This document shows positions 43,041 through 52,326 of a stretch of 52,326 nucleotides of DNA, in pieces (position 1 is the first letter of the stretch; every line of letters starts with the position of its first letter). The stretch covers positions 1-52,326 of the IMG/VR virus record IMGVR_UViG_3300042465_004150, one strand, 5' to 3'. The notes below the pieces were generated by a model. It saw nothing but the letters and a program-made list of their open reading frames with translations. It had not been told where the DNA came from and made no database searches. A program made the position numbers and the translations under genes. This DNA comes from a virus (lineage: Duplodnaviria > Caudoviricetes).

Positions 43041-43721
43041 TTAAGCCAGCGGGGGTCCGCTGACGATGGTTGGCAGCTGATCGATCTCCATGCGAGAGTA
43101 CAAACGTCGGTACTCGTAGTCGCCGCGCGCCAATACTTCAGGCGCGGCCTCGTATCCGGCGTAATACATCATGGCTCGGTACACAATGACCATGTGGAAT
43201 CGAGCGGGTATATCAGGACTGTCACTGTCAGCGGTGAGACTGAGAGGTTGTGTGTAGTATTCGCCATCGATTACATACGCTTGATCGGGCGTTGAGCCAA
43301 ACGCCAAATCTTTGTCAGGCGTGATTGAAACAACCACAGGTCGCGCGTAGGTGTTGCGCATGTTGGCGTACCGGTACAGGTTCCTGTACGTGCTCCAATC
43401 CATGTAATTCAACAGCTGTTCATCTCGGTACGAGTTGCCGACCGATGAAGCGCGGAAGCTGTCTCGCTTCCAATTGCCAAAGTTGGTCAACGCGCAGTCA
43501 GTGACTGCGTTGTACTGAAACTGCTGCGTGACCGTGTTAAAAGTAAAGGGCTGGCGCAAGAAGAGCCAATCTTCTTTCGATGTTTGCACATCGATCCAAG
43601 CCTGCTGAACCCACGCCGTCATCCGCGCCGATTCGCCGGTCACGCCCTGCACTGTTGATAGCGAAGGGCCTGACACGCCGCATTCGACGCGAGCTTGGTT
43701 TGTAAGTTGAAGCAGGTTCAT
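43041..43721 (-). CDS. head-tail adaptor / tail tubular protein A-like
   Basis: MNLLQLTN..., PDQAYVI..Y...L..DSDSPDIPARFH..IVY.A. Confidence 0.75.
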   Translation of the reverse strand: MNLLQLTNQARVECGVSGPSLSTVQGVTGESARMTAWVQQAWIDVQTSKEDWLFLRQPFTFNTVTQQFQYNAVTDCALTNFGNWKRDSFRASSVGNSYRDEQLLNYMDWSTYRNLYRYANMRNTYARPVVVSITPDKDLAFGSTPDQAYVIDGEYYTQPLSLTADSDSPDIPARFHMVIVYRAMMYYAGYEAAPEVLARGDYEYRRLYSRMEIDQLPTIVSGPPLA

Positions 43722-43736
43722 GCGCAGCCCTTGGCT

Positions 43737-44165
43737 TTAAGCGGGTTCAGCCAACACGTTTTGCAGCCATGCACGGCCGCGAGAGTTGTTGTCTTCAACC
43801 AAATCAAACGGGTAGCTCAAACCGTGACGTGCAATCATGTCGATCTGGTCAGGTGCTGCCGGATTGCGGGTCACCTGGCTGTACTTGGTCTCTTTCATGC
43901 GGGCCAAGATTTCGACGTATTTGCGCTTCACGGTTGTGGGGATACCACGCATGATGGGCTGGTTCATGCCGTTGCAGTTGACAACGACATGGTTGGGTTG
44001 ATTCTCATCAGTGGTCGAGTGGACCATGACCGTCACAAGTTCATTCATAAAAGCCTCGTCTGAGGCCAGCTTGCTGAAATCTCGGGATTCAGCGACGGTA
44101 TCAATAACCGGTGCGTCGTCCAGAATTTCCATGCCTTGGACAGTGTTCTTTTTAGTTGCCATCAT
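43737..44165 (-). CDS. conserved virion-morphogenesis hypothetical protein
   Basis: GGAG RBS; AFMNELVTV, NG...RG..VKRKYVEILAR. Confidence 0.75.
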   Translation of the reverse strand: MMATKKNTVQGMEILDDAPVIDTVAESRDFSKLASDEAFMNELVTVMVHSTTDENQPNHVVVNCNGMNQPIMRGIPTTVKRKYVEILARMKETKYSQVTRNPAAPDQIDMIARHGLSYPFDLVEDNNSRGRAWLQNVLAEPA

Positions 44166-44196
44166 TTTCTCCAGGGGTTGATAAAAGGGGATTGCC

Positions 44197-44225
44197 AAAA
44201 AGCTGGGGACCCGAAGGCCCCCAGC
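44197..44225 (-). terminator. intrinsic terminator after the capsid/decoration genes
   Basis: GCTGGGG..UUCG loop..CCCCAGC followed by TTTTT on the - strand. Confidence 0.75.
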
Positions 44226-44253
44226 AAAACTCTTCTAGGAAGAGGATGGCAAC

Positions 44254-44691
44254 TTACAGGGCCGAGCCGGGCATGTCCATGCAGTCGTAGAACACGTCGG
44301 TGATGCCGGACGCGCTGAGGTCGGTAGTGGCTGGGGTGAAGGTGGTGGACGAGTCCGTAGTGACCTTGATCAGACCGACCAGCGTGACGTTAGCGGTCGA
44401 CTGGGTAGGTACGGGGCAAGGATCGCCAGCGGCAACGATAGGACCTTGTGTGGTCGTCACGGTGCCGGAAGCGTTGATCCACACAGCGAACAAACAAGCC
44501 TGGCTTGCAGCCAAGGCAGTGCCCGTGCTGAATGCCAAGTTGTCGGTTGCAGCCTTAGACTTGAACACACCGTTGTTGGTGAAGGTCAAGGTGTTGACGG
44601 TTTTGAAAGTGGCACTGTTGGTGCCTTCAGCCAAACCGGCAGCGGTCAGCGAGAGAAAGCCACTATTGGCTTGTTCGATGTTGTATGACAT
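44254..44691 (-). CDS. putative capsid decoration / minor head protein
   Basis: AAGGA RBS; Thr/Ala-rich beta protein after the MCP. Confidence 0.65.
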   Translation of the reverse strand: MSYNIEQANSGFLSLTAAGLAEGTNSATFKTVNTLTFTNNGVFKSKAATDNLAFSTGTALAASQACLFAVWINASGTVTTTQGPIVAAGDPCPVPTQSTANVTLVGLIKVTTDSSTTFTPATTDLSASGITDVFYDCMDMPGSAL

Positions 44692-44712
44692 GGTGAAATT
44701 CCTTAAAAAAGA

Positions 44713-45213
44713 TTAGGAGACGGTTGCCGAGAACGGAGTTGCTTCCGTACCGGTGGCTTTGGTGTGTACCTGGACCAGATAAGTACCGGCGATCGCGTCG
44801 ATGATTTCAACGAGGTCACCAGCAAATCCGCCTGTCGTGCTGCCGTCAAAAGTGATGGTGTCAGAAGAGGCAGCAGTGGCATAGCCAAGTACCGCAGCTG
44901 AGTTATCGCTGATCACGTATGCGCGGCCAGACATCACGTCAGTAGCATTGTTCACCTTGATGGTGGTGCTGTTTGAAGTAATGGTTGTGCCGATCATAAA
45001 TCGATACACCGAACCAGTGCCGGTCGCGTTTGGCAGTGTGACTGCACAACCTGCGGCTGCATTGATAACGATAGTTCGACCGCCGTGGACATCACGGGTG
45101 CAAGTCAGGGTTGCGCCGGAAGCTGCAACAGGTTCGGTGGCAAGCACCGCGCCAATCACGTTACCGGTCAGTCTCCCATCATTGACAAGGCTATAAAAAG
45201 CTCGATTGCTCAT
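44713..45213 (-). CDS. putative head fibre / decoration protein
   Basis: HGGRTIVINAAAGCAVTLPNATGTG, TEATPFSATV; directly after the MCP. Confidence 0.65.
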   Translation of the reverse strand: MSNRAFYSLVNDGRLTGNVIGAVLATEPVAASGATLTCTRDVHGGRTIVINAAAGCAVTLPNATGTGSVYRFMIGTTITSNSTTIKVNNATDVMSGRAYVISDNSAAVLGYATAASSDTITFDGSTTGGFAGDLVEIIDAIAGTYLVQVHTKATGTEATPFSATVS

Positions 45214-45262
45214 GGTGTATTCCTTTGGTTAGACGGGGCCAGGTTGCCCTGGCCCCTCGTCA

Positions 45263-46324
45263 TTACAGAGCGGTCACACCGGCTTCGATACGGGCCATGA
45301 ATGCGTCGTTCAAACGCACAGTGGCAAACCATGTCGAAGCGCCCACGTAGCCGAATTGGCCCAGTGGGTTAGCGTGGTTGGTCTGGGATGCTTTCAACAC
45401 CACAGGCTTGATGGCAGACATGCCCTTCAACGCAACCTGGCCCCAGCAGTCTTCACCGATAACGATGAAGGGGTACACGTCGACGTTGGCAGCGCCAACA
45501 GACAACATGCCGCTAGAACCAACAGAAGCACCGGCAGCCAAGAAGGACTTCAACAGCGGGGAGCTGATGAAGCGGAAGTCTTCACAGGCACCGATCTCGC
45601 GATCGTGGATGGGCTTGAATGAACCGTACTCTTCCACGCGGGTGAAGCCAGGCAGGTTACGGATGTCGCTGACGGCGTCGGTATGGCAGAACACCACGTA
45701 GGCGGGCTGCACAGCACGAGTGCCGAAGTTGACGCCAGGAGCCAGGCGGCTGGTCACGCGACGAGCGCGGTTGGATTCCAGGGTACGAGCGGCTTTACGG
45801 ATTGCGTTCAAGCTGATCGGGGTGCTGATCGAAGCGCGGCTGGAGCCGTTTGCGTAGATCACAGTCGAACCGGCCTTCAACACGCCGTAACGAACCAACT
45901 CCATCACCTCGGCCAGGGTCTCGCCAGTCAGCTTGACCATCTCGCCGGGGATGTCGTCTTCGTACAGTTGCTCGGTTTTCGAGCTGTACTTGAACAACAC
46001 ACCGTACTGCTGGAGCTGAACGGACACGTCCTGAAAGGAAATGGTGTTTGAGTTGGGGGTAACACCCTCGGCCAACACGAAGTTGGAAGCGGTGATGTCA
46101 GGAGTACCGACGTAGCGAGTGGAGTTCTCAATCGTGGTGCCCACAGTCGATGCGCCGAAAGGCAGAGTACGACGGAACACCAGGGTGTCTGTCGAATTCT
46201 GGGGCATCTCGCGTTGAGTACCGAAGTCACCAAGAACGGTGATGGGTTGAGCGTGTTCCAGCATGCCTTGGGCGGCACGGATCAAGTTCCGTGATGCTAC
46301 GGTGCCGTAATTTTGAATAGCCAT
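45263..46324 (-). CDS. major capsid protein, N4-gp56 family
   Basis: LAEGVTP, LQQYG, EIGACEDFRFI, DVYPFIVIG, NPLGQFGYVG. Confidence 0.92.
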   Translation of the reverse strand: MAIQNYGTVASRNLIRAAQGMLEHAQPITVLGDFGTQREMPQNSTDTLVFRRTLPFGASTVGTTIENSTRYVGTPDITASNFVLAEGVTPNSNTISFQDVSVQLQQYGVLFKYSSKTEQLYEDDIPGEMVKLTGETLAEVMELVRYGVLKAGSTVIYANGSSRASISTPISLNAIRKAARTLESNRARRVTSRLAPGVNFGTRAVQPAYVVFCHTDAVSDIRNLPGFTRVEEYGSFKPIHDREIGACEDFRFISSPLLKSFLAAGASVGSSGMLSVGAANVDVYPFIVIGEDCWGQVALKGMSAIKPVVLKASQTNHANPLGQFGYVGASTWFATVRLNDAFMARIEAGVTAL

Positions 46325-46348
46325 GATGGCGTCCTTTCAGGTGGTGAG

Positions 46349-47248
46349 TTAATAGCCTCTTTGCGCTTTTGTTTTTTCGCGCTGGGAGGCTTCGTAGTTC
46401 CAAAGTTCTTCCGGTGACAAGTCGTCCAATGTCTTGGGCGGCGGTGTCTGTCCGGGTCGAGTTGTCGCGGCCGCAGCGAGACGCTGGCTGCGCTCTTGCC
46501 TGATGTCCACACTCGATCTGCCCTTCACGTTGTGGAACATGTCCAACATCTTGATGGCGTCACGAGCAGCGGGGCTGTCGGCCAAGGCACGTACTTCATT
46601 GGGTTGAATAGCGAGCCACTGTGCAAAATCCGGCGTGTTCACCGTATCCCGCCAATCCTCGTATTTACCTTCGACTCGTGCCTCTTCGAGAAGGGTACGC
46701 ATCTGCTCACGCTCAGTAGCAAGCTGGGCCTGCACGTAGTCCACGACATGGGTAGCCTGGACGCCGTTTGGCTGTTGCATGTTGCTGAGCTTAGCGCCGA
46801 CGTATTCCTCCATCGCACCGGCCCACTCTGGGAAATCCTGCTTGAGCTGCTCCCACTTCTCGGGGTTCTTAGCCGCCGCAGCCATTTGTCCCTGCGAAGG
46901 CGCTTCATTTGCATCGACCGAAGCCGTTGCTTGACGCGCCTGCTGGAACTCACGCTGCATGGCAGCCACGCGACCCTCGGCAGTCTTTACGTGGTGCAGC
47001 AGTTGAGCATTGGCTTGCTCCAGTTGAGTGATCTTGCCCAGGGCTTGCTTCACTTCTTCCGGTAGGCCCGCCAGTGGATCAGCCACCGATTCAGGTTGAG
47101 ATGCGATCTGGACTTCAGGTTCTTGCGGCGTTTCCGGCGCAATGCTTTGAGCTTCAAATGCGGGTGAGGATTCACCGACATCTAACTTTGCAGCTTCTTC
47201 GTTCCAGAGTTTCTGTGTCTCAGCCTGAGACAGTTGGGTTTCTTCCAC
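46349..47248 (-). CDS. capsid scaffolding protein
   Basis: acidic N-terminus, coiled coil, LKQDFPEW; directly before the MCP; GTG 47248 with GGAG RBS. Confidence 0.75.
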   Translation of the reverse strand: MEETQLSQAETQKLWNEEAAKLDVGESSPAFEAQSIAPETPQEPEVQIASQPESVADPLAGLPEEVKQALGKITQLEQANAQLLHHVKTAEGRVAAMQREFQQARQATASVDANEAPSQGQMAAAAKNPEKWEQLKQDFPEWAGAMEEYVGAKLSNMQQPNGVQATHVVDYVQAQLATEREQMRTLLEEARVEGKYEDWRDTVNTPDFAQWLAIQPNEVRALADSPAARDAIKMLDMFHNVKGRSSVDIRQERSQRLAAAATTRPGQTPPPKTLDDLSPEELWNYEASQREKTKAQRGY

Positions 47249-47260
47249 TTTGCTCTCCAA

Positions 47261-47282
47261 TAAAAAACCGCCCGAAGGCGGT
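47261..47282 (-). terminator. intrinsic terminator-like hairpin upstream of the scaffold gene
   Basis: ACCGCC-TTCG-GGCGGT followed by TTTTT on the - strand. Confidence 0.7.
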
Positions 47283-47304
47283 CCACTCAAAAGGCCAAGC
47301 GGGA

Positions 47305-47508
47305 TTATTCATCCGACTCAACCACCACACCCCGAGTTGCCGCTTGCGGCAAGTCGAGAAATCTTTTGAGCATCCTGATCTCGCCCCTCAACGCGGCCGT
47401 CTCGTTGTCGGAGAGTCCGACGGCATCGTTTTTGACACGCGCGCTTTCGAGCTGGGTCTCAGCCCATTTGCGCAGCAGGTGCCAAGTTGGAGAGGTGAAA
47501 TCGTTCAT
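47305..47508 (-). CDS. small head-morphogenesis protein (Bbp19-like position)
   Basis: W..LRKWAE...TAALRGEIRMLKRFLDLP; lies between portal and scaffold. Confidence 0.75.
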   Translation of the reverse strand: MNDFTSPTWHLLRKWAETQLESARVKNDAVGLSDNETAALRGEIRMLKRFLDLPQAATRGVVVESDE

Positions 47509-47514
47509 GCCATC

Positions 47515-47539
47515 AAAAAGCCAGGTCAGTGCCTGGCTT
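47515..47539 (-). terminator. leader terminator downstream of late promoter B
   Basis: AAGCCAGG-cactga-CCTGGCTT followed by TTT on the - strand. Confidence 0.6.
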
Positions 47540-47568
47540 GAGTTATTTTGGACGCGGGGTCCCTGTCA

Positions 47569-47600
47569 AGATTCTATGCCAAACAGGGGTCGGTGCGCAA
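47569..47600 (-). promoter_or_regulatory. putative late promoter B
   Basis: TTGCGC-18-TAGAAT inside TTGGCATAGAATCT. Confidence 0.6.
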
Positions 47601-47604
47601 GTGC

Positions 47605-47970
47605 TCAATATGGAGCCTTGGCGTAGCGTGCGTGGATGGCCAAAGTGCAATCAATTGCAACGCTTGTGCCGCCGGTAACCGCTGGGCGAATCCAGGCTGG
47701 ATTCTCGTTGGCGGTGTGGACTGCGGCAGCGGTGTAAGCCATGTTGGTTGTGCCGCCCCGCTGGGTCATCGGATGCCAATTGACGTTGTCGTTGGAGCCT
47801 TGCCACGTAACCGTGCCGCCGCCAAAAGTGCCTGATACCTGGCAACTCAGGTCGGCAGCGTAGGGGATAGGCACGCCACCGCCCACGTCGTTGGTGGCCA
47901 AGTCAGCCCAAGAAACAAGGACCGCGCCGGGTACGGTGTTGCGGTCGACGGTTGCGTTGATAGTTGCCAT
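47605..47970 (-). CDS. hypothetical beta-rich virion protein
   Basis: QVSGTFGGGTVTWQGSNDNVNW, WIRPAVTGG. Confidence 0.75.
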   Translation of the reverse strand: MATINATVDRNTVPGAVLVSWADLATNDVGGGVPIPYAADLSCQVSGTFGGGTVTWQGSNDNVNWHPMTQRGGTTNMAYTAAAVHTANENPAWIRPAVTGGTSVAIDCTLAIHARYAKAPY

Positions 47971-47994
47971 GGTGGTTCCCTTTCAGTGGTTGGG

Positions 47995-50223
47995 TCAGAT
48001 GCCTGAACCCGTGGTCATTTTCAAATTCTGCTCGGCGGCGTAGATTTCCTTCTTGCCCCGCTCGCGCATTGCGGTATCGGCCAGCTTGGCCTTGATCTGT
48101 TCGAGTGTAAGGTTCTGGACGTTGGCCATCTTCAGCATCTCGATCTCGCGCTGCATGGCCAGCTCCTCCATGCGTTGCTGGTAGCTCAGCTGGGCCAGCT
48201 TCTCGCGTGTTTGCAGCTCGGCCATGTCGCCCTGGTTCTGGGCCTGCACCTTGGCAATGTCGGTTTCTGCACGAATCTTGGCTGCCTCGATGCGGGGGTC
48301 GGCCTGCTGGGCCTGGGGTTGTTGCTGCTGCTCTTTGATCTTTTCGAGTTCTTCCTCGGACTTGAAGACCTCGGCCGGGTCGATGTGCTGGGCTTGCAGC
48401 GCCTTCTCGAACAGCTTCTGGGTGTCCAGGTAAACGCCATAAACCGGGTTGGCCCCGGCCGCCAGCAGGTTCAAGAACGCCTGGTTCTGGATGTCGCGCA
48501 CCAACAAGGCAGACGAGCCGCGAGCGTTAACGGTGAAGTCGCCCTTGATCTCTTCGTTCTCGTTGTACAGCATGTTGTAGTCGTAGTACCGGCGGATGTG
48601 CGGCTTGGTGACCATGTCATCAAACTGTTTAACGATCCGGCGCAGCACCACGTTGGCGCTGTTCATCAGCATCTGCATGCCACCGACAGTATCTGGCGCT
48701 GCACCCTTCTCGCCCTGGGTGATCATGGGCACGCCGGTCTCTTGGTCTGCCAGCTCCATGGCCATCTTGATGATGTTGGCCAGCTCGCCTTGGTAGCTGT
48801 TGAATTCGACGGCGGTGAAGGCTTTGCGCACGTCGTCCACGTCGTCGGTGGCCCACCAAATCTTTCGAGCTGAGAGCTGCCACTGCTTGTCGGCAGGCTG
48901 GATCGAGCCAGCCTTGACGATGATCTGGGGGCCTGAGCTGACGCCAGCGTTGTCCATCATCTGACGCCATGCCGCATTGAGCACCCGCTGCTGGGCGCGC
49001 ATGAGGTATGGAATGCCGTATCCCCACACGCTGTCAGAGACCTTCTCCCAAACGAAGAAGTCGTAGGGGATGTCGCCGCCGTCCAGGGGATTGACGTAAG
49101 CCTTGACGATGGTGCTGTTGATCATCACCACGCATGCGCTCATGGTGCGCAGCTCGTCCTTGTCGCCGACGTTGACGCCTGCGGCTTCGAGGTCCTCGTA
49201 GTCGACCTCGCCCCAGTACGTCCACATCTCGTAGGTATCGCGGGCCAGGTCGCGCTGGTCTTCGTCTTTCAGCTCTTGAAAAGTGGCCGACTTCTTGGGG
49301 CCTTCTTCCAGCACCTTGCGAAGCTGGTCCTTCATAAACCCTGGCTGCTTGGCAAGGTCACGCACTTGGCGCACGGTGATGCGCTCGCGCTCGTACAGCC
49401 CCTTGCCTGCGTGGACGTTGTCGCCGCAGCCTGGGTCAGGCCAGCAGTTGCGTGGGTCGACGCTGAACGAGGCAGGACTCATCTCCTGCACGATCTCGAT
49501 CTGGTGGATTTGGTTGCCCTGCATGTCCTTGTATGGCTGCCAGGCTTTGCGTGTGCGGCTGGTGACCACTGGGCCTTTGATCACTCCGGTGCCCAGGCGA
49601 GCTGCGTTGTGCAGCATCTTGCGCACTTCGGCGTTGTAGTCGCACTCGACCAGCTGGTCATCCATCTCGGTCTGCATGGCCTTGGCTTTTTCGCGCGCCA
49701 CCTGCATGGCAGCTCGGGCGATGTCCTTCATGCTCAGCGGCTCTTGGGTCTCCGGGTTCATCATCGGCTGGCCAGTATCGCGGTCTGCGGCCATGCGGTC
49801 GTCACGACTTGCGCCCATGACATCGGGTTTGGGCGTGGGCTGGATGCCCCAGTTGCGGTCATCCGTGGGCAACAAAATGTCAGCCAGGCGGGCCTCGGCC
49901 GCGTTGGTCTTTTGACGGGTCAGGCCGATGTAAACAGTGGAGCGGTGCGGCTTGGCCATCTGCGTGGTCACCGGGTAACCCTGCTCCACCGAGGTCATCA
50001 TCTGGCTTGCCTGCTTGGCGATGTTGTCCTTGGCGTTGTACTGGTCCTCGTCTTCGAGCCAACGCTTGTCGACGCCGTAGCTGTAACGGAGGCGAATCCA
50101 CTCATCGCGCTGTTGAGCCATGTTGTAGCCAAAAGCCTGCAAACGCTCCTCGACCTTCCGGCGTTGATCGGCTTCGTCTACAACTTCTACTTCAACATCG
50201 ATTTGCTGGGGTTGAGCTTGCAT
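47995..50223 (-). CDS. portal protein (P22-like podovirus type)
   Basis: follows TerL; LGTGVIKGP, WGYGIP..R..Q..LN, long C-terminal helical barrel. Confidence 0.9.
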   Translation of the reverse strand: MQAQPQQIDVEVEVVDEADQRRKVEERLQAFGYNMAQQRDEWIRLRYSYGVDKRWLEDEDQYNAKDNIAKQASQMMTSVEQGYPVTTQMAKPHRSTVYIGLTRQKTNAAEARLADILLPTDDRNWGIQPTPKPDVMGASRDDRMAADRDTGQPMMNPETQEPLSMKDIARAAMQVAREKAKAMQTEMDDQLVECDYNAEVRKMLHNAARLGTGVIKGPVVTSRTRKAWQPYKDMQGNQIHQIEIVQEMSPASFSVDPRNCWPDPGCGDNVHAGKGLYERERITVRQVRDLAKQPGFMKDQLRKVLEEGPKKSATFQELKDEDQRDLARDTYEMWTYWGEVDYEDLEAAGVNVGDKDELRTMSACVVMINSTIVKAYVNPLDGGDIPYDFFVWEKVSDSVWGYGIPYLMRAQQRVLNAAWRQMMDNAGVSSGPQIIVKAGSIQPADKQWQLSARKIWWATDDVDDVRKAFTAVEFNSYQGELANIIKMAMELADQETGVPMITQGEKGAAPDTVGGMQMLMNSANVVLRRIVKQFDDMVTKPHIRRYYDYNMLYNENEEIKGDFTVNARGSSALLVRDIQNQAFLNLLAAGANPVYGVYLDTQKLFEKALQAQHIDPAEVFKSEEELEKIKEQQQQPQAQQADPRIEAAKIRAETDIAKVQAQNQGDMAELQTREKLAQLSYQQRMEELAMQREIEMLKMANVQNLTLEQIKAKLADTAMRERGKKEIYAAEQNLKMTTGSGI

Positions 50224-50245
50224 GGGATTTTCCTGTTGTTGCGGG

Positions 50246-51724
50246 TCAATACCCGGCTACTTGGTCGAATACGTCAAACGCTGGGACGTTGGGCATGCGA
50301 TTGCCGCGAAGGCGCGTCTCGGCCTCTTCCTGCGTTTTGGCTTTGCGGCGCATCATCATGGCGTATCGCGTGGCCGACAAGATGTCGTCGTTGAGTTTAA
50401 CAATGATGCCGTCTTTGCGGTGGTACAAACGAAACTCCTCGAACCACTCTTCCAGGTGGGAGAAGACCTTCAAGCGCATGGTCTGCATGCGCGTGAGCAT
50501 CTCGGCCACACCGGCCTCCAAGCCGTTGCTGCCGTCCTCGAACGTGGCACGGTCGATCAGCATGTTGACGCCCTGGTCCTTGTACTGTTTGGCCAGCTGT
50601 TCACCTGAGCCCTTATCGTGCTGCAAGCCGTCATGCGGCCAGGCCACTGGGCACCACTCGCCTCGCGCCCTGATCGCGGCAGCGTGGATGGCCACGCTGG
50701 CCTCCTTCATCCGGTAGCAGTCGGTCACGTAAAGCGTGTCGGCATCGCGGTCCCATGCCAGCCAGACCACGGCGGTTGGGTGGCCCCAGCCAAAGTCAAT
50801 GCCCACGATCCGTGGCCAATGTGGCGGGACGGGGAATGGCTTGGCCTTGATCGCATCCTCGGCAACCGGGAACACGCGGCCGCTGCCCAAGATCGGAACA
50901 CCCTTGGCTCGTGCATCGCGCTCGTGCTCAGGGTATGCGTTGATGATGGATTCGCGTTGCTCGGGCGTGTAGTGCTCGGCGTCGTTGATCGTCATGTTGA
51001 TGACGTTGGTGCCTACGGGCTTCTCGATCAGGAACCGCTTGACCACTTCGGACATGCCAAGCAAAGGCGTGAAGGTCACGCACACCTGGCCGCCCACAGC
51101 CTGGGTGCGGGTCAGGCCCTCAGAGTAAACGCCAAGCGGCGGCTCCTCGTCGAACCACACCCAATTGACCGTGTCGGCCTGCCACTTGGTGCGGCCTTGG
51201 TCGTATGAGTTGAATTGGATCACGCTGTCTTCGCCACACTCGTGACGCACGACGACGCTGGACACTGCGTCCGGCACGCCTTGCTTCATGCTCGTGTCGC
51301 GGATGCAGTCGTAAGGTATCGAGCCGGTGCCCCACTCGTCTCGCACTTCAGGCGGACCAAGCAGCAAACGCTGCACGCCCTTGCGTGTCAGCTCGGCAGA
51401 CTCGGACCCGACCATTGCGCGGATAGCGTAAGGGAATCGGGTGCCGGTCCACCAGCTGGGGTATCGGCCGGTCAAGTGCATGGCGGTCTCAAACGCGCCA
51501 GCCCAGGTCTTGCCAAGCTGGTTGCCTGCCATGAACAAGCGTTCACGGAACGACGAACCGGCAGCGTGGAATTCGACCTGCTTGGCGTATGGCTTGTAGG
51601 TCGCAAGGCGATTGCGCTTGGCGCGAATGTCCCGCAAGCGCAACAACTCGTAGACCTGCACCTTTTCCTCATGCGTCAAGGCGCTGAGGTTGAGCTTGCT
51701 GAGGTCCAGGTCGTCGATCTTCAT
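50246..51724 (-). CDS. terL: terminase large subunit
   Basis: MAGNQLGKT, WFDEEPP, TFTPLLG, GIDFGWGHP, DDILSATRYA. Confidence 0.95.
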   Translation of the reverse strand: MKIDDLDLSKLNLSALTHEEKVQVYELLRLRDIRAKRNRLATYKPYAKQVEFHAAGSSFRERLFMAGNQLGKTWAGAFETAMHLTGRYPSWWTGTRFPYAIRAMVGSESAELTRKGVQRLLLGPPEVRDEWGTGSIPYDCIRDTSMKQGVPDAVSSVVVRHECGEDSVIQFNSYDQGRTKWQADTVNWVWFDEEPPLGVYSEGLTRTQAVGGQVCVTFTPLLGMSEVVKRFLIEKPVGTNVINMTINDAEHYTPEQRESIINAYPEHERDARAKGVPILGSGRVFPVAEDAIKAKPFPVPPHWPRIVGIDFGWGHPTAVVWLAWDRDADTLYVTDCYRMKEASVAIHAAAIRARGEWCPVAWPHDGLQHDKGSGEQLAKQYKDQGVNMLIDRATFEDGSNGLEAGVAEMLTRMQTMRLKVFSHLEEWFEEFRLYHRKDGIIVKLNDDILSATRYAMMMRRKAKTQEEAETRLRGNRMPNVPAFDVFDQVAGY

Positions 51725-52185
51725 TTGCTGACAGCCCTCGATAGCAGCATGGTCAAGCGGCTGTCCAGCTGTTCATTGGTCAGCTCAAGCTGGCCAGAGA
51801 CTTTCATCTCGACGGACTTGAGCTTGGGTTGCGTGTATTGCAGCATCTCGTTGAGCATGCGCAGCTTGGTGTCTGCGTCAATGGCGTCGGCCATCAGCGG
51901 CTTTTTGGTGGTGGGGTCCACGCGCGGCTTGCCGTTTACGTCACGAACCGGCACCTGCTTTTGCAGGATGTTGATGATCTCCACCGCTGGGTCCATGCCT
52001 GCGTCGACCAGGGCCTCGGCCACGGCCTTGAGGTTGATGCCCATTGGCTTCTTGCTGCTGCGCTGTTTGGCGTGAGCACTGGCGTGCGGAACCCCGGCAG
52101 CTTGCAAATCATCTACGGTGGCCATTCTGGGCGGCGCACCGGCCAGCTCAGCCAGGCGCTTTGCCCCGTTCTTTGTTGCTGCCAT
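51721..52185 (-). CDS. putative terminase small subunit
   Basis: directly upstream of TerL; LQYTQPKLKSVE..ELTNEQL. Confidence 0.65.
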   Translation of the reverse strand: MAATKNGAKRLAELAGAPPRMATVDDLQAAGVPHASAHAKQRSSKKPMGINLKAVAEALVDAGMDPAVEIINILQKQVPVRDVNGKPRVDPTTKKPLMADAIDADTKLRMLNEMLQYTQPKLKSVEMKVSGQLELTNEQLDSRLTMLLSRAVSK

Positions 52186-52186
52186 G

Positions 52187-52326
52187 TCAGCCTTTCATTG
52201 CTTTGCGCACTAGGCCCTGTTTGTTTCGGCCACTGATCGCTTGGGCCTTTGCCTTGGCGTCTGCTTTGCTCGATGCGCCCCAGGCGTTGAGGCTCTTGAG
52301 CAAACGGGTTGGCTCGCCGCCCTTGC
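52187..52326 (-). CDS. 3' part of a basic phage protein (DUF6321-like), truncated by window end
   Basis: GEPTRLLKSLNAWGASSKADAKAKAQAISGRN; TGA at 52187-52189. Confidence 0.6.
   Translation of the reverse strand, partial: KGGEPTRLLKSLNAWGASSKADAKAKAQAISGRNKQGLVRKAMKG

Noticed and set aside
1-52326. tRNA genes, integrase/att sites, introns or inteins
   Set aside because: No cloverleaf or recombinase motifs seen by eye; polymerase, terminase and helicase are of normal length. tRNAscan would be needed to exclude tRNAs formally

Overview
The whole window is a near-complete genome of a tailed dsDNA phage with podovirus-type architecture. The host is Gram-negative (spanin pair); a betaproteobacterial or freshwater host is only an inference. 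Layout: (1) early + strand genes at 1-3549, including DUF932 and a Mesh1-like HD (p)ppGpp hydrolase; (2) a - strand block at 3515-8736 with a Q-like antiterminator, SNF2 helicase, VRR-NUC, an ori-like inverted-repeat region, primase-VapE and Cro; (3) a + strand APSE-like replication block at 8822-16776 with DUF2800, DUF2815 SSB, family A DNA polymerase and a dNTP diphosphohydrolase; (4) a long - strand late region at 16773-52326 with terminase, portal, scaffold, N4-gp56-type capsid, tail tubular proteins, tail fibre, lysis genes, ejection proteins, a ferritin and two giant polyvalent proteins. No integrase, tRNA or CRISPR array was seen. Main observation: the two polyvalent proteins carry likely host-toxic domains (RelA/SpoT-like synthetase, two ADP-ribosyltransferase-like domains, HhH-glycosylase-like domain, zincin protease, ASCH). 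Small ORFs with their own RBS are nested inside these genes next to those domains: one antisense (21040-21273) and two in the +1 frame that begin M(D/E)NES (24828-25004 and 22752-22937). They are candidate hidden cognate antitoxins or regulators. All domain calls come from motif recognition by eye, not database searches.
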